Positions 11,301 to 20,423 of a stretch of DNA of 64,000 nucleotides are shown here, piece after piece. The notes beneath the pieces were generated by a model. The model ran no database searches, had not been told where the DNA came from, and saw nothing but the letters and a program-made list of their open reading frames with translations. Made by a program: the position numbers and the translations under genes. Each line of letters begins with the position of its first letter. Positions within the stretch are counted from its first letter, which is position 1. The stretch is from an uncultured candidate division Zixibacteria bacterium (GTDB taxonomy: Bacteria > Zixibacteria > MSB-5A5 > GN15 > FEB-12). The stretch spans positions 192,001-256,000 of the forward strand of contig CAWDXE010000007.1 of the NCBI GenBank assembly GCA_963806185.1. The letters are read 5' to 3'.

Positions 11301-11417
11301 TTGTGCTGCACCAAGGAAGCAAATGTTGACGGTGCAGGCGGGATTGATATCGCCGATCTGACTTTCTTCATCGATCACTTGTTCATCACCTTCGTGGCTC
11401 TGGGCAACTGTCAGTAG
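8352..11417 (+). CDS. Secreted SBBP beta-propeller repeat protein with thrombospondin type-3 Ca-binding repeats and C-terminal dockerin-like domain
   Basis: FVPNRGQW and LIIDPAISYSTFLGG; repeated IAVDxxGxxYVxGxTxSxDFP; DxDGDGVxDxxDNC repeats; tail GNIDCD..IDISDLTALIDNLF..ANVDG..IDIADLTFFIDHLF. Confidence 0.85.
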   Translation: MPHHSTLFAAVTAAIISLSPLNAAAVKTGGTPAASEHRFGATLTQTPLTFVPNRGQWPKNVYFRTESHGATAWIGAGSVWYSFVRETSVGPSQFESDVRSLVRAGHDCGQPERLNVTVSFEGALTPAAVGEAELSGVTNYFIGRDPAKWQTNVPTYASVRLDGIYPGIDVRYYTINEQLEYDFIVAPQADYHQIRLNYSGVRRMEVSSSGDLNIETEWNTVTEHRPIIFQEANGERIPVEGEYALTGDRSVSFNLKNYDKSLPLIIDPAISYSTFLGGVANDNGGAIAVDSAGNMYVVGSTRSWDFPADQGYDSVFNATDSVDVFVSKFSPDGQTLLFSTFVGGTGNDYGYGLKLGAGNEVAIVGYTRSSNFPTTVAGDTSFGGGMFDAFAARLSASGDSLIWSSYIGGSSNDYAFGVAVDASGNVCVVGATSSSDFPTKFAYDTSANGLNDIFAAKLAAADGALDYATYMGGLQNDFGLGITVDASGRAYITGYTESLIFPCINALDSTLNGTLADIVVAKFGQRSDTLLFSTLIGSAGADLARAIEWVSPNTLWVAGQTGSSNFPVPSPYDGTFNGGTYDAILMKLTADGSSYTTGTYLGGMGDENAIDLAVDPAGEVFLTGTTTSNDFPLVNAFQLSYQTAGDAFLAKFNSGATSLLFSSYLGGQSVDNSYSVDVNANGSAYLTGETSSANFPKVNPWDAFFGGQFDAFITIVSFDSDGDGVEDAHDNCVFTSNPGQEDADGDLVGDVCDNCQNTINANQANADGDAFGDLCDVCPNDANNDIDGDGVCGNVDNCPSLSNPLQEDSNNNGIGDKCETGYTVPGTNVAITYGGITVTFPTVTTAGVTEIIIGVTGLPQPDGYVIQPAAGPLGYEVKTTAGFTGTPVVCLNYNPGQISGSESTLKWLRYQSGNTWTNVTGAGYPNVSTNYICGTTTLGTFALAQAGSCCVSPVGNIDCDPANSIDISDLTALIDNLFVSFTPLCCTKEANVDGAGGIDIADLTFFIDHLFITFVALGNCQ

Positions 11418-11493
11418 ACTGGTTGCCCGACACGACCTGGTCGCACGACACTCTTCGATCGTTTCTACTTCGCGTTGAGGCGTTTCCGGGGAC

Positions 11494-11518
11494 AAAAAAA
11501 CCCGCGATTGCGGGTCTT
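11494..11518 (-). terminator. Intrinsic terminator downstream of tRNA-Arg
   Basis: Minus strand acccgc-aatc-gcgggt-tttttt. Confidence 0.75.
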
Positions 11519-11530
11519 CAACTTCAAAAA

Positions 11531-11604
11531 TACGCCCGAGAGGATTTGAACCCCTAACCTTCTGGTCCGTAGCCAGACGCTCTATCCAGTTGAGCTACGG
11601 GCGC
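11531..11604 (-). tRNA. tRNA-Arg (anticodon ACG); CCA not encoded
   Basis: Reverse complement gcgcccgtagctcaactggatagagcgtctggctACGgaccagaaggttaggggttcaaatcctctcgggcgta folds as a cloverleaf. Confidence 0.97.
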
Positions 11605-11624
11605 ATCATGCATTTGGGATGCCT

Positions 11625-11654
11625 ATGGTACGGTGGAACAGGTCGGATTGTCAA
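11625..11654 (-). promoter_or_regulatory. Sigma70-type promoter for tRNA-Arg
   Basis: Minus strand TTGACA-18 bp-TACCAT. Confidence 0.6.
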
Positions 11655-11669
11655 CTGGTTTCCCGAGCC

Positions 11670-12674
11670 TTACTTCCCGCCGGATAAAACCATGATGGTC
11701 ACGGCAATAGCGATGAACACAACGGCGATGACGATCAAGACGGTCTTACTGGTGCCGGGGGTCCGACTGGTCACGTCGTTTTTTTTTTCGGCCGGTTCCG
11801 CCTCTACCAAGAGCTGTTCCAGCCACCGATTCTCGGCCTCGAGTGCGGCCTCGGATTCGTGGGTAACGGTGAGCACGTCCATCTGAGGCAGGGGGGACTC
11901 GGAGGTTTCGATAACCTCGATCACCACTACGGTCACGTTGTCAGAGCCGCCCCGATCATTGGCCATCTGGACCAAAGCTCCCGCCAGTTTGTCGATGTCT
12001 TTGCGGTAACGATCGGCGACGGCAAAGATTTCGTCATCGTCGGCGTACCCGCACAGGCCGTCCGAACAGAGTATATAAATTTCGCCGGGAGCCGTTTTGA
12101 CTATTCGGTAGTCAACCTCGACGGTTTGTCGGACCCCGAGGGCTCGCGTTATGACGTTCTTGCCGATAATAGACTGCGCCTCATCAGCGCTCAGTTGCTG
12201 CTCGCGCTGCATTTCGGCCACCCACGAATGGTCGCCGGTCAGTGGCTTGAGAGCGCGCTCGTCCAGCCGATACGCCCGGCTGTCGCCGACATGGGCGATT
12301 GACATGATATCCGACTCAAAAGCGACCGCCACGATGGTCGTCCCCATACCCGATTTCTCAGGATCTTCGGCGGAACGGACGTTAATGGCCCGATTTGCCA
12401 GTCGAACCGCCTTGACGAGGAGATCGCCCGAGCCCGGGAGGGTGCGTTCGAGCGACAGGCGCGGATCACCCATGAGCTCTCCGGAGTAGCGATGAAAAAC
12501 GTCGTGGAGAATTTGCGAGGCCGTCATGGAGGCGACTTCGCCCGCCTGGTGTCCACCCATGCCGTCGCAGACAGCGTAGACCCGGTTATCATCATCCAGA
12601 TGGAGGTAGTCCTCATTCCCTGAGCGAACTAATCCCTTGTCTGTTATTCCAGCTACGCGGAGTCTGACGGGCAC
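11670..12674 (-). CDS. PP2C/Stp1-family Ser/Thr protein phosphatase with C-terminal transmembrane anchor
   Basis: NED, VCDGMGGHQAGEVAS, MGTT, HVGDSRAY, LCSDGL, GGSDNVTV; hydrophobic C-terminal helix. Confidence 0.92.
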   Translation of the reverse strand: MPVRLRVAGITDKGLVRSGNEDYLHLDDDNRVYAVCDGMGGHQAGEVASMTASQILHDVFHRYSGELMGDPRLSLERTLPGSGDLLVKAVRLANRAINVRSAEDPEKSGMGTTIVAVAFESDIMSIAHVGDSRAYRLDERALKPLTGDHSWVAEMQREQQLSADEAQSIIGKNVITRALGVRQTVEVDYRIVKTAPGEIYILCSDGLCGYADDDEIFAVADRYRKDIDKLAGALVQMANDRGGSDNVTVVVIEVIETSESPLPQMDVLTVTHESEAALEAENRWLEQLLVEAEPAEKKNDVTSRTPGTSKTVLIVIAVVFIAIAVTIMVLSGGK

Positions 12675-12844
12675 TAAGCTTTCCCTCTCTGATGTGTGCT
12701 TCGAGATTCTGAACGGTCAAAATATCCGATCTTCAACGCGTGGGCAAGTAGATATTCGCGATTACCTGGCTGGAGCAATCCATAAAAAGGCCCCGCAGAG
12801 GACCGCAGGGCCGCAAGCATAGAGAAGTGGTGTAGTGAAGAATC

Positions 12845-13891
12845 CTATTTCATCAACATCATCTTTCGCGTTTCGGTATTATGCTCCGTAGTCACGCGAT
12901 ACAGGTAGACGCCGGAGGCAAGTTGGCTCGCGTCGAACTCAAGACTGTGGTCACCCGCGGTCAATTCCCCCAGGTTCCGCGACTCCACTGTTCGGCCAAG
13001 AATATCGAAGACATCCAGAGTAGCCGTCGAGCGGGTCGGGAGCGTGAAGGAAATTGTGGTGGAAGGGTTAAACGGATTCGGGTAGTTCTGATGGACCGCG
13101 AAACCGCCCGGCAGGTTGTCAGTCGGATCCTCCACGTCGGTAATCGACATTGAAATAGTAAACGAGCCGGTCACCGCTTTGGACGGATCGAGTTCTGAGA
13201 AGACTTCCAGGTTAACCTTGTTCTCCGTAACGGCGGAGAAAGTGGCCACCCGAATCTGGAAGTATACGTAAGCAGTCTCGCTGACATTGGCATAGGTCAC
13301 CGCCGTGGGGGCAAAGGATCGCCAGCCCAGCGGGTCGGATTCGGCGGCATCCATCGTAATGTGCATACCATAGAGATCCAGACCGTCGCCATCATTGCGA
13401 ACGCCCACGCGGAGAGTATACGTGTGTCCCGGGCCACCAAGCATATCGTCGGGGAATTCGATCCCCGTGATCGCGATATTGCCGGTCGCGGCCAAGGAAG
13501 CAGTGCGCAAGGTCTGATCGGTCCAGCTCGCGCTGCCGGCAGTCACCGCAGCCGGTCGGCCGTTGATCTTGAAGGAAATGGTCTGAGAATTCGTAGCCCC
13601 TTCATCGGCGGCAGAATTGGGGTCATCACCGTACACCGGCATAAACCCATAGGTGCCGGCTGTATGTACAGTGAAGGCGCCGCACTGCACTCCGTCGGGA
13701 TCAAAGGCGGAAACCACCGATCCGACGGGGAGGGCCCGACCGTTAAACGTAGAAGTCATGAGCGAGTCGTAGAACGACGTGAAATAAGGTGTCGGTGTGA
13801 TACCACCGGCCATTGCCGATCCGAACATCACCGTCACCGCGCTCAGGACACCGAAAAGAATACGAAATTGTTTGCTCACCGTTATCACCAC
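12845..13891 (-). CDS. Secreted protein with C-terminal FlgD/T9SS-A-like domain
   Basis: Signal peptide; HQNYPNPFNPSTTISF...ASGVYLYRV...RKMMLMK; N-terminal domain shared with the adjacent giant protein. Confidence 0.8.
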   Translation of the reverse strand: MVITVSKQFRILFGVLSAVTVMFGSAMAGGITPTPYFTSFYDSLMTSTFNGRALPVGSVVSAFDPDGVQCGAFTVHTAGTYGFMPVYGDDPNSAADEGATNSQTISFKINGRPAAVTAGSASWTDQTLRTASLAATGNIAITGIEFPDDMLGGPGHTYTLRVGVRNDGDGLDLYGMHITMDAAESDPLGWRSFAPTAVTYANVSETAYVYFQIRVATFSAVTENKVNLEVFSELDPSKAVTGSFTISMSITDVEDPTDNLPGGFAVHQNYPNPFNPSTTISFTLPTRSTATLDVFDILGRTVESRNLGELTAGDHSLEFDASQLASGVYLYRVTTEHNTETRKMMLMK

Positions 13892-13952
13892 TTTTCTATC
13901 CGGCCCGCCTTTCGACGGGCCGGAGTTATGTGCAAACCACTCTTCTCGTTTG

Positions 13953-16900
13953 CTACTTCAGCAGCATCATCTTCTTGGTTTCCGATGCCGCGCCGGCGGA
14001 CAACCGGTACAAGTAGATACCGGAAGCAACCGACTGTCCATTGAGATCTTTACCGTCCCAGACCACGGTCGTGGAACCGGCAGTCGCCATACCGTCGAAC
14101 GGTACTGCAACCAGCGCGCCAAGGACGTTGTAAATCTCAACCTTCGCATTGCCGGCCACCGGCAAGGAGAAGCTGATTGTCGTCGACGGGTTGAACGGGT
14201 TCGGGTAGTTCTGGCCCAGAGCGAAGGAGGCCGGAAGTGTGCCGGCACCGGCGGCCGTCGTCAGAGCGCCGACTTCCATTCGGTCGCCATTGGCCGTCCA
14301 GGTAAACTGCTCCTGAGTCTCTACGCCGTCGACAGACAGGTAGAAGGCATCACCCGGCTTCAGAGCTGACGAAGCATCGGCGTATACCGGCATGAAGCCG
14401 AACTTGCCGCTCGTGGTCATCGTGAAGATGCCGACTTTGGTGCCATCAGCCGCCGAATGGGCGGTAATGACTGCGCCGGCCGAGACTACATTGCCGTCAA
14501 CCTTCAGATTAGTTGCATACAGGTTCACCCAGGCTGTCGTTGTGGCGACATCGCCGGCGGCCGCCGCAATGTTCGAATTCTGCACAACGTAGCGCGGGGT
14601 TGCGACGGTTTCGTCACCCGGATAGACCAGCGTGCCGTTCGCGTCAATCTTGACCCAATAGCCGTTGCACGGGCTGAGCGTCAAAGAAGAGTCGGCGAAG
14701 TTCGGCGAATAGAACTTGATGCCTTCGTCCCAGCCGTAGGCATAAAGCAGCTGATCAAAGATGCTCGCGAAACCGTCGGCCGGCTTCATTGAAGTCTCCG
14801 GCAGGTAGCTCACCAGGTTCCAGCCCTTCGTGACCGGAATCGGAGTTGAAACGGGTACCGCGGTACCGGTGAGTTCGAGGGTGACGGAACAACCGGGCTT
14901 CACTTTGATCCAATAGCCGTGGAGGTGATCAACCGACCAGAGGTCGGAGAATTCTTCAAGCTCCGGATCATAGGTCATGCCACCCTGGTCGAAGCCAAGT
15001 ACGACGTCGACACAGTTCAAATAAGGGCCAAGCACGGTCTTGATGTCGTCGGAAGCAGTGTTGACGTTCCAGCTCACCAGATTCCAGCCCTCTTGCAGGG
15101 TGCAGGTCTTGGTGACTTCTTCGCCGGCTTCAACACAGACTTCTATCCGCGGGTACATGTGATCCCCGGGGAAGGTGACGCTGGGAGTAGCTGGGATGCC
15201 ATTGACGTAGAACGTGATGGCCTGATCGGTGCGCGCGCCGTTAGTGGCGGTCTCATCATCGGCAGCATAGACATGAAGCGGGCCATAATGGCCGACGCTA
15301 TCAACGACACACTGACCGACGAGAAGCATCTCAGGCGTGTACGCCTCAACCACTGAACCAACGGGGATCGGGGCGCCAAAAAGCGTGCTCATGTTGTCAC
15401 CCGTGCCGCAGATGTAGTCGACCCAGAACAGGGACTTTTCAAAGGTGATATCCTTAAGGGGCTTCAGGACGATCTTCTCGCCCTTTTCGCGGAAGTTCAG
15501 ATTCTCGACCCGGCCGGGATAGTATCCCTTTTTGTACGCATATACGTCGAACGGAACTGCTGAGAAGTCGGAGAACGCAAACGAGCCGATGGCAGTTGAA
15601 ACTGTGGAATCGATGGGTGAACCGTTTGGCCAATCGGCGTAAAGAAGAACGGTCGCGCCGGGGATATCATTACCCAAGGTATCGACAACCGTTCCGCAAG
15701 TGAAGTTCTGTAGTCCGAACCCGACGTTTATTGAACCAGGATAGGATATGGGCTGATCATAGACCAAGCCTGTTCCGCAATTACGGCCGAAGACGACCGA
15801 ATCCATTACCGCGAAATCCTTTTCGCCTGCGGAAGCGTCCGGTCGAACCGTAAAGTGCATGTCGGCCAGATTGCCGAAACCGGTCGGCACCAGGTAGGCA
15901 TCATCGGCTATCGCTTTAATCGTCACTGTACCCAGGACGTTGTCGATCGTTACGAATTGCAGTTCGAAGAAGGTGATGCGGGAATTGGCGAACGACACGG
16001 AGTCCAGATAGAACTCAGCCGGGTTGAAGTGCAGGCCGAATTCCGCGGATTTGAAGTCACAGCCATTCTTGAAATTGATCGGAACGACCACCCGTGCACC
16101 GGGGACAGCAGGCGTGTTCACCACGACAAGTGTGTCGGCGGAGGCCGGCTTCACGACCAACAGGTTGACGCAATACGACACCTGGCTGTTGCATATCTGT
16201 GCGACCTTGGCAGTCGGCTCATCCGTCGCAAACGTTACGCAATACTGGTAGGTGCCGGCGGTGGCCGGTGTAACGGTAAACGTGAGTCCGACCACGCTGG
16301 GCGTCGTGCCGTTATCGCTGCTTAGCACAAAGGTCCCGTCATGAATAGCGTGCCAGCTCAGTTCATCCGGACTGGTGCTCGTCAATAACAACGAATCGGC
16401 CTTCGTATACGTATCGCCGAGGAAGATCGTGTCATAGATTGCGGTCTTATTGAGCGCCAGAATCGGACACTCACTGATGATCAAGTTGACTTTCACCCAC
16501 TGCGGCGAATTGACCACGGCAGCGGAGGTCACCTGAACGGAATCAGTGTACGTACCGGCGGCCAGTCCGGTGATATCCGGAGTAACGACAACGGAATCGG
16601 GCGTGTTGCCTGACGTCTTATTCAAGGCGAACCAGCCGGCGCCCTCAGTGACGGCGAACGCAACCACTGCGTCATCCTGCTCGGAAACGAGGAAGGGCTT
16701 TGCCTCCGGATTCGGGCCACCCAGGAGCGCCGTGAAATCAAGCGACGTCGGGCTTACCACGAGATGTTTCGGCGGTTCGTTGACAGTGACGTGAATGCAC
16801 ACCTGCACCGATGACGGATCGCAGTCAGCGGGAACAAGCTCGCCGGTAGTGCCGATCGTGAAACACTCGGTGTAGGTGCCGGCGGTGGCGTATGCTTTCT

Positions 16901-18899
16901 TGAACTGGAAGCCTACGACTCCCGGCGTAATACCGCCAACGGGATCGAAGGCGAAGTTCGGAGTAGCAGCGGCAGCGAAATCAAGGTTGCTGCCACTTGA
17001 CGTTACTGAGACGGTCTCACTGAGAGTCAGACTATCGCCGACCAGACCGACGAGGTTGAACGACAGCGGGTCGCCAACCAATACGGGACAGGATGAAACC
17101 ACCAACTTGACCGCAACTTTCTGCGGTGAGTTAGTAGCAGCGGCGACAACGGCAATCGTGTCTTCATAGGTGCCGACAGAAAGGCCCGTGCCGTCGACAT
17201 TGACCGTGACCGTCTTCGGGGTTGTGCCGGCGCCGTCGGTGAGAGTAATCCAGGTCGCGGATTCGCTTGCCGCGTACGCGATAGCCGCGCCGCCCTGTTC
17301 CGAAACATCAAACGTCTTCGGAGCCGCTACAGGACTGGAAACGGTGACCGCAAAGTTGAGATTGAGTGGCGTAACCACGAGTACCTTGGGTCGCGGATTT
17401 ACCATTAAGTGGACTCTCACCCATTTCGGCGAATTGTTCGCCGCGGGCGCCGCCACCTGGATAGAATCCACATACATATTGGGGGCTAGGCCGGCGATAT
17501 CTACGTTCACCGTGACGGTTCCCGGAGTATTGCCGCTTGCATCCAGCAACGAAAACCAAGCGGCGGTTTCAGTCGCATCAAAAGCGATGATCGCTCCGCC
17601 GGCCTCGGTGACTTGGAACGACTTGGCGGCCGGATTTCCGTCACCTTCAGTCGCTTCAAAATTCAGGATAGTCGAATCGACGGCCAGTACTTTCGGCGCC
17701 GCGTTGACGGTCAGATTGACCATCACCCAGATTTCCGGATTCGTGGCGGCACCGGCGACGACGAGGATTGAGTCGTTGTAGACACCGGGAGTCTTGCCGG
17801 TCATGTTGACGTCGACACCGACATCACCCGGAGTCATTCCGCTGGGATTTGTCAAAAGAACCCAGGCGGCATCAGTCGCCGAATTATAGGATATGGCGGC
17901 CCCAAGCTGTTCGGATACGTGGAAAGACTTCGCGTCCGGGTTGCCGCCTTCGGTAACCTCAAAATTCAACACTAACGGACTGACGACCAAGACCTTCGGC
18001 CGGGGAGTCACCGTCAGGATGACCTTCACGTACACCGGTGAATTGGTCGCGTCAAGAGAAGATACCTGAATGGAATCCGTGTACGTACCGGCGGTCAGAC
18101 CCGTAATGTCGGGGTTGACCGTGACGATGCCGGGAGTAGTGCCGTCAGGATTGGTCAAGCTCATCCAGGCGGCGGACTCGGTCGAGGTGTAAGCGATTGG
18201 ATGGGCTGTCTCCTCGCTGACCGTAAAGTTCTTGCTTGCCGGATTGGGATCGTTCTCCTGGGCGCTGAAATTGAGAACGGCGTCGGACACCTGGAGCTTA
18301 AAATTTGACGGCGGCACATAATTCGGGTCATGAATTACGATCTTGCCGGGCCATCTGGGGATGTAGCTGACCGACGGCGGCGCGACGAACTTCAGGATAG
18401 CGCCCGCCGCAAATGCGTTGGTGTCGACCACAATGGAGTCGTTCACCGTCCAGTTGTCGACCACGAAGTTGTAGGTCGCCAGTTTGGTCGGAGTCGCACT
18501 CGCAGGAAGTCCGGCCTCTTCGGTCTGTCGAGCACCGGAGGCCTGGAAATTACGGAAGAGATTTGTTTGGGCGATATTGTTACTGCGATAGAGGTACTTA
18601 ACGAAGTCCCACGCAGCAAGTCCGTCAGCTGTCCAGGCGGCGGACTTCATCCTTACATCCGTTCGGTCCCACTTGAACCCGCAGGAAGCGCTGGCCAATT
18701 TCTGGACATCGTTGGAGAAGTAAATCTCCATCTTAAACGTCGAGTCATCAGCGGCTCCCGCCACAGGTGGGGTCACGACGAAGAAGACCGAGTCCTGACC
18801 ACCCTGATCATTGGGGTCCTGTTGCGCAAAGCCGGGGATAGCCAAGAGCAACAACAGGGACAGGGTCCCGATTACTGTTTTGAAGTTCATCTGAAACAT
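13953..18899 (-). CDS. 1648-aa secreted scaffold-like protein: two cohesin-like domains, about 7 BACON-like Ig repeats, GWNLVS repeats, FlgD/T9SS-A-like tail
   Basis: Signal peptide; ~100-aa repeats LxVxPxxLxF..AAW..GxTP..GxYxDxIxV..NSP; DTLVVVNTPAVPGARVVVPINFKN..LDSVSFANSR; NYPNPFNPST tail; ggaggg SD. Confidence 0.8.
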   Translation of the reverse strand: MFQMNFKTVIGTLSLLLLLAIPGFAQQDPNDQGGQDSVFFVVTPPVAGAADDSTFKMEIYFSNDVQKLASASCGFKWDRTDVRMKSAAWTADGLAAWDFVKYLYRSNNIAQTNLFRNFQASGARQTEEAGLPASATPTKLATYNFVVDNWTVNDSIVVDTNAFAAGAILKFVAPPSVSYIPRWPGKIVIHDPNYVPPSNFKLQVSDAVLNFSAQENDPNPASKNFTVSEETAHPIAYTSTESAAWMSLTNPDGTTPGIVTVNPDITGLTAGTYTDSIQVSSLDATNSPVYVKVILTVTPRPKVLVVSPLVLNFEVTEGGNPDAKSFHVSEQLGAAISYNSATDAAWVLLTNPSGMTPGDVGVDVNMTGKTPGVYNDSILVVAGAATNPEIWVMVNLTVNAAPKVLAVDSTILNFEATEGDGNPAAKSFQVTEAGGAIIAFDATETAAWFSLLDASGNTPGTVTVNVDIAGLAPNMYVDSIQVAAPAANNSPKWVRVHLMVNPRPKVLVVTPLNLNFAVTVSSPVAAPKTFDVSEQGGAAIAYAASESATWITLTDGAGTTPKTVTVNVDGTGLSVGTYEDTIAVVAAATNSPQKVAVKLVVSSCPVLVGDPLSFNLVGLVGDSLTLSETVSVTSSGSNLDFAAAATPNFAFDPVGGITPGVVGFQFKKAYATAGTYTECFTIGTTGELVPADCDPSSVQVCIHVTVNEPPKHLVVSPTSLDFTALLGGPNPEAKPFLVSEQDDAVVAFAVTEGAGWFALNKTSGNTPDSVVVTPDITGLAAGTYTDSVQVTSAAVVNSPQWVKVNLIISECPILALNKTAIYDTIFLGDTYTKADSLLLTSTSPDELSWHAIHDGTFVLSSDNGTTPSVVGLTFTVTPATAGTYQYCVTFATDEPTAKVAQICNSQVSYCVNLLVVKPASADTLVVVNTPAVPGARVVVPINFKNGCDFKSAEFGLHFNPAEFYLDSVSFANSRITFFELQFVTIDNVLGTVTIKAIADDAYLVPTGFGNLADMHFTVRPDASAGEKDFAVMDSVVFGRNCGTGLVYDQPISYPGSINVGFGLQNFTCGTVVDTLGNDIPGATVLLYADWPNGSPIDSTVSTAIGSFAFSDFSAVPFDVYAYKKGYYPGRVENLNFREKGEKIVLKPLKDITFEKSLFWVDYICGTGDNMSTLFGAPIPVGSVVEAYTPEMLLVGQCVVDSVGHYGPLHVYAADDETATNGARTDQAITFYVNGIPATPSVTFPGDHMYPRIEVCVEAGEEVTKTCTLQEGWNLVSWNVNTASDDIKTVLGPYLNCVDVVLGFDQGGMTYDPELEEFSDLWSVDHLHGYWIKVKPGCSVTLELTGTAVPVSTPIPVTKGWNLVSYLPETSMKPADGFASIFDQLLYAYGWDEGIKFYSPNFADSSLTLSPCNGYWVKIDANGTLVYPGDETVATPRYVVQNSNIAAAAGDVATTTAWVNLYATNLKVDGNVVSAGAVITAHSAADGTKVGIFTMTTSGKFGFMPVYADASSALKPGDAFYLSVDGVETQEQFTWTANGDRMEVGALTTAAGAGTLPASFALGQNYPNPFNPSTTISFSLPVAGNAKVEIYNVLGALVAVPFDGMATAGSTTVVWDGKDLNGQSVASGIYLYRLSAGAASETKKMMLLK

Positions 18900-19398
18900 A
18901 CCCTCCAGAAGACTTGGTTAAATACTATGTTTAATATCTTGTATTCTATCATTCGCAACTTGATCAACGAAGCATACCGCTCGCCAAAAACGCGGGGAAA
19001 TGCTCTCAAACGAGTGCAGAGACGAGTGACCTCTCTATTGCAGATGAATGATCTCGGCGAAGGCTTCTATGGCGACGCGAAAAAGGGTTGAGGAGTCCCC
19101 TTCGCCCGGGGTGGCGAAGCTGAGGCAACGAGCGGGACGTAGTGAGGCAAACCCGTGAGGATAGCGTCACTCGACAGACCAATCAGTCCTCCGAACCAAA
19201 CTACGTGAATCTAATTTGTATTACCCAACCAACTCAGTTAGACCATTTGTAAGGGATTGAAAGGGGCCTGTAGTAAGGTAGAAACAGACGCCGTTTTTCC
19301 CCTTAACGACCACTCCAAATATACCATCTCGACAGCCAGAGTCAAGAGATAACCGCTTGCAACATATGAGAAAAATTTGATCAGGTTGATGGAATACG

Positions 19399-19788
19399 TC
19401 AGGCCCCGGTATCCCTTGGCTGTCGTCGTGCAATTGACCACATAATCATTACCACCAAGCCGGCTCCGAGGAGATCGGTGGAGAAGTCCCGGATGTCGGG
19501 TCGGCGACCGGGAATGAAATTCTGGTACAATTCGTCACCAGCCGCAAACAGTGCCAATCCGCCGATAGCCGCCAGGGCCACTGTCTGGGTCGTTCTTAGC
19601 CAGGGGAACCTTATGAAGGATCGAAAGGTGAGTCCCGCAAAAACTGCGTATTCGCAAAAGTGCAGAATTTTGTCGACTGGATACTTGTGCAGAAAGGGAG
19701 TCTTGAGGTTTGGGATCGAAGAAAGGCCAATAACGAGCAACGCATAGAGCATGGGAGGGAGGTGATATCGCATGAATGGTGTGAGCAC
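19399..19788 (-). CDS. VanZ-like family membrane protein
   Basis: LSSIP, DKILHFCEYAVF, DELYQNFIPGR..DIRDFSTDLLG; GTG start after aagga. Confidence 0.8.
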   Translation of the reverse strand: MLTPFMRYHLPPMLYALLVIGLSSIPNLKTPFLHKYPVDKILHFCEYAVFAGLTFRSFIRFPWLRTTQTVALAAIGGLALFAAGDELYQNFIPGRRPDIRDFSTDLLGAGLVVMIMWSIARRQPRDTGA

Positions 19789-20165
19789 GTCAGATCCTTT
19801 CGCAGTCCAGTGGCTTCTCTGAGTAGCAAAACGGAATACATTCGTCAACAAATAACGCAGGTCGCATGCAGGAATGGCCCTCGGGCAGCGCAAGCAGTTG
19901 CACAAAAGTGGCTAAGCCGATCATCCGTTACTACTGCCGCTTTCGACTGGATGGTGGAGACAATGACGGGTCTGAGTGGAGTGGCAAGGGGCGAGGCGTC
20001 GGACGCAGACTGATCTAATCTATTATAAGGTTATTGACCGCGGCATGGGGGACTGTCCCGGCAACCGCTCCATTGGCGCCCCTTCGCGCCGTAGAACGGT
20101 CGTGTGACAGGGGATGCGAGTAGGGCGTGACGGTCGCGAGAGGGGCCAAGCGGGCTAAAAAGACC

Positions 20166-20194
20166 TTGCCATGCTCCTCAAGCGTACCTATGTT
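20166..20194 (+). promoter_or_regulatory. Sigma70-type promoter preceding a ~220-nt leader of the DAACS gene
   Basis: TTGCCA-17 bp-TATGTT. Confidence 0.5.
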
Positions 20195-20423
20195 TACGCG
20201 ACCTGTCTATCCCTGTGTCTGGAACGGACTATTCAGCGCCGTAATTATCCCCTCGTTCGCGGAGTAGTTATTGAACGTGGGGTGACGTATTGACGGGAAT
20301 TGTGAAATAAATCGCCGACCCGCCTGCCAGTGTCTGCGCGACAGGTAAGAGCGACACAGGTGAAGATCAGAACGCATGCAGGTCGTCGGCACAACGTGTA
20401 GTTCTTGTAGTTATAGGACGGTT

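Noticed and set aside
11420..11604. tRNA-Arg as an integration site for an island
   Set aside because: No integrase, and no duplicate of the tRNA 3-prime end seen in the window.
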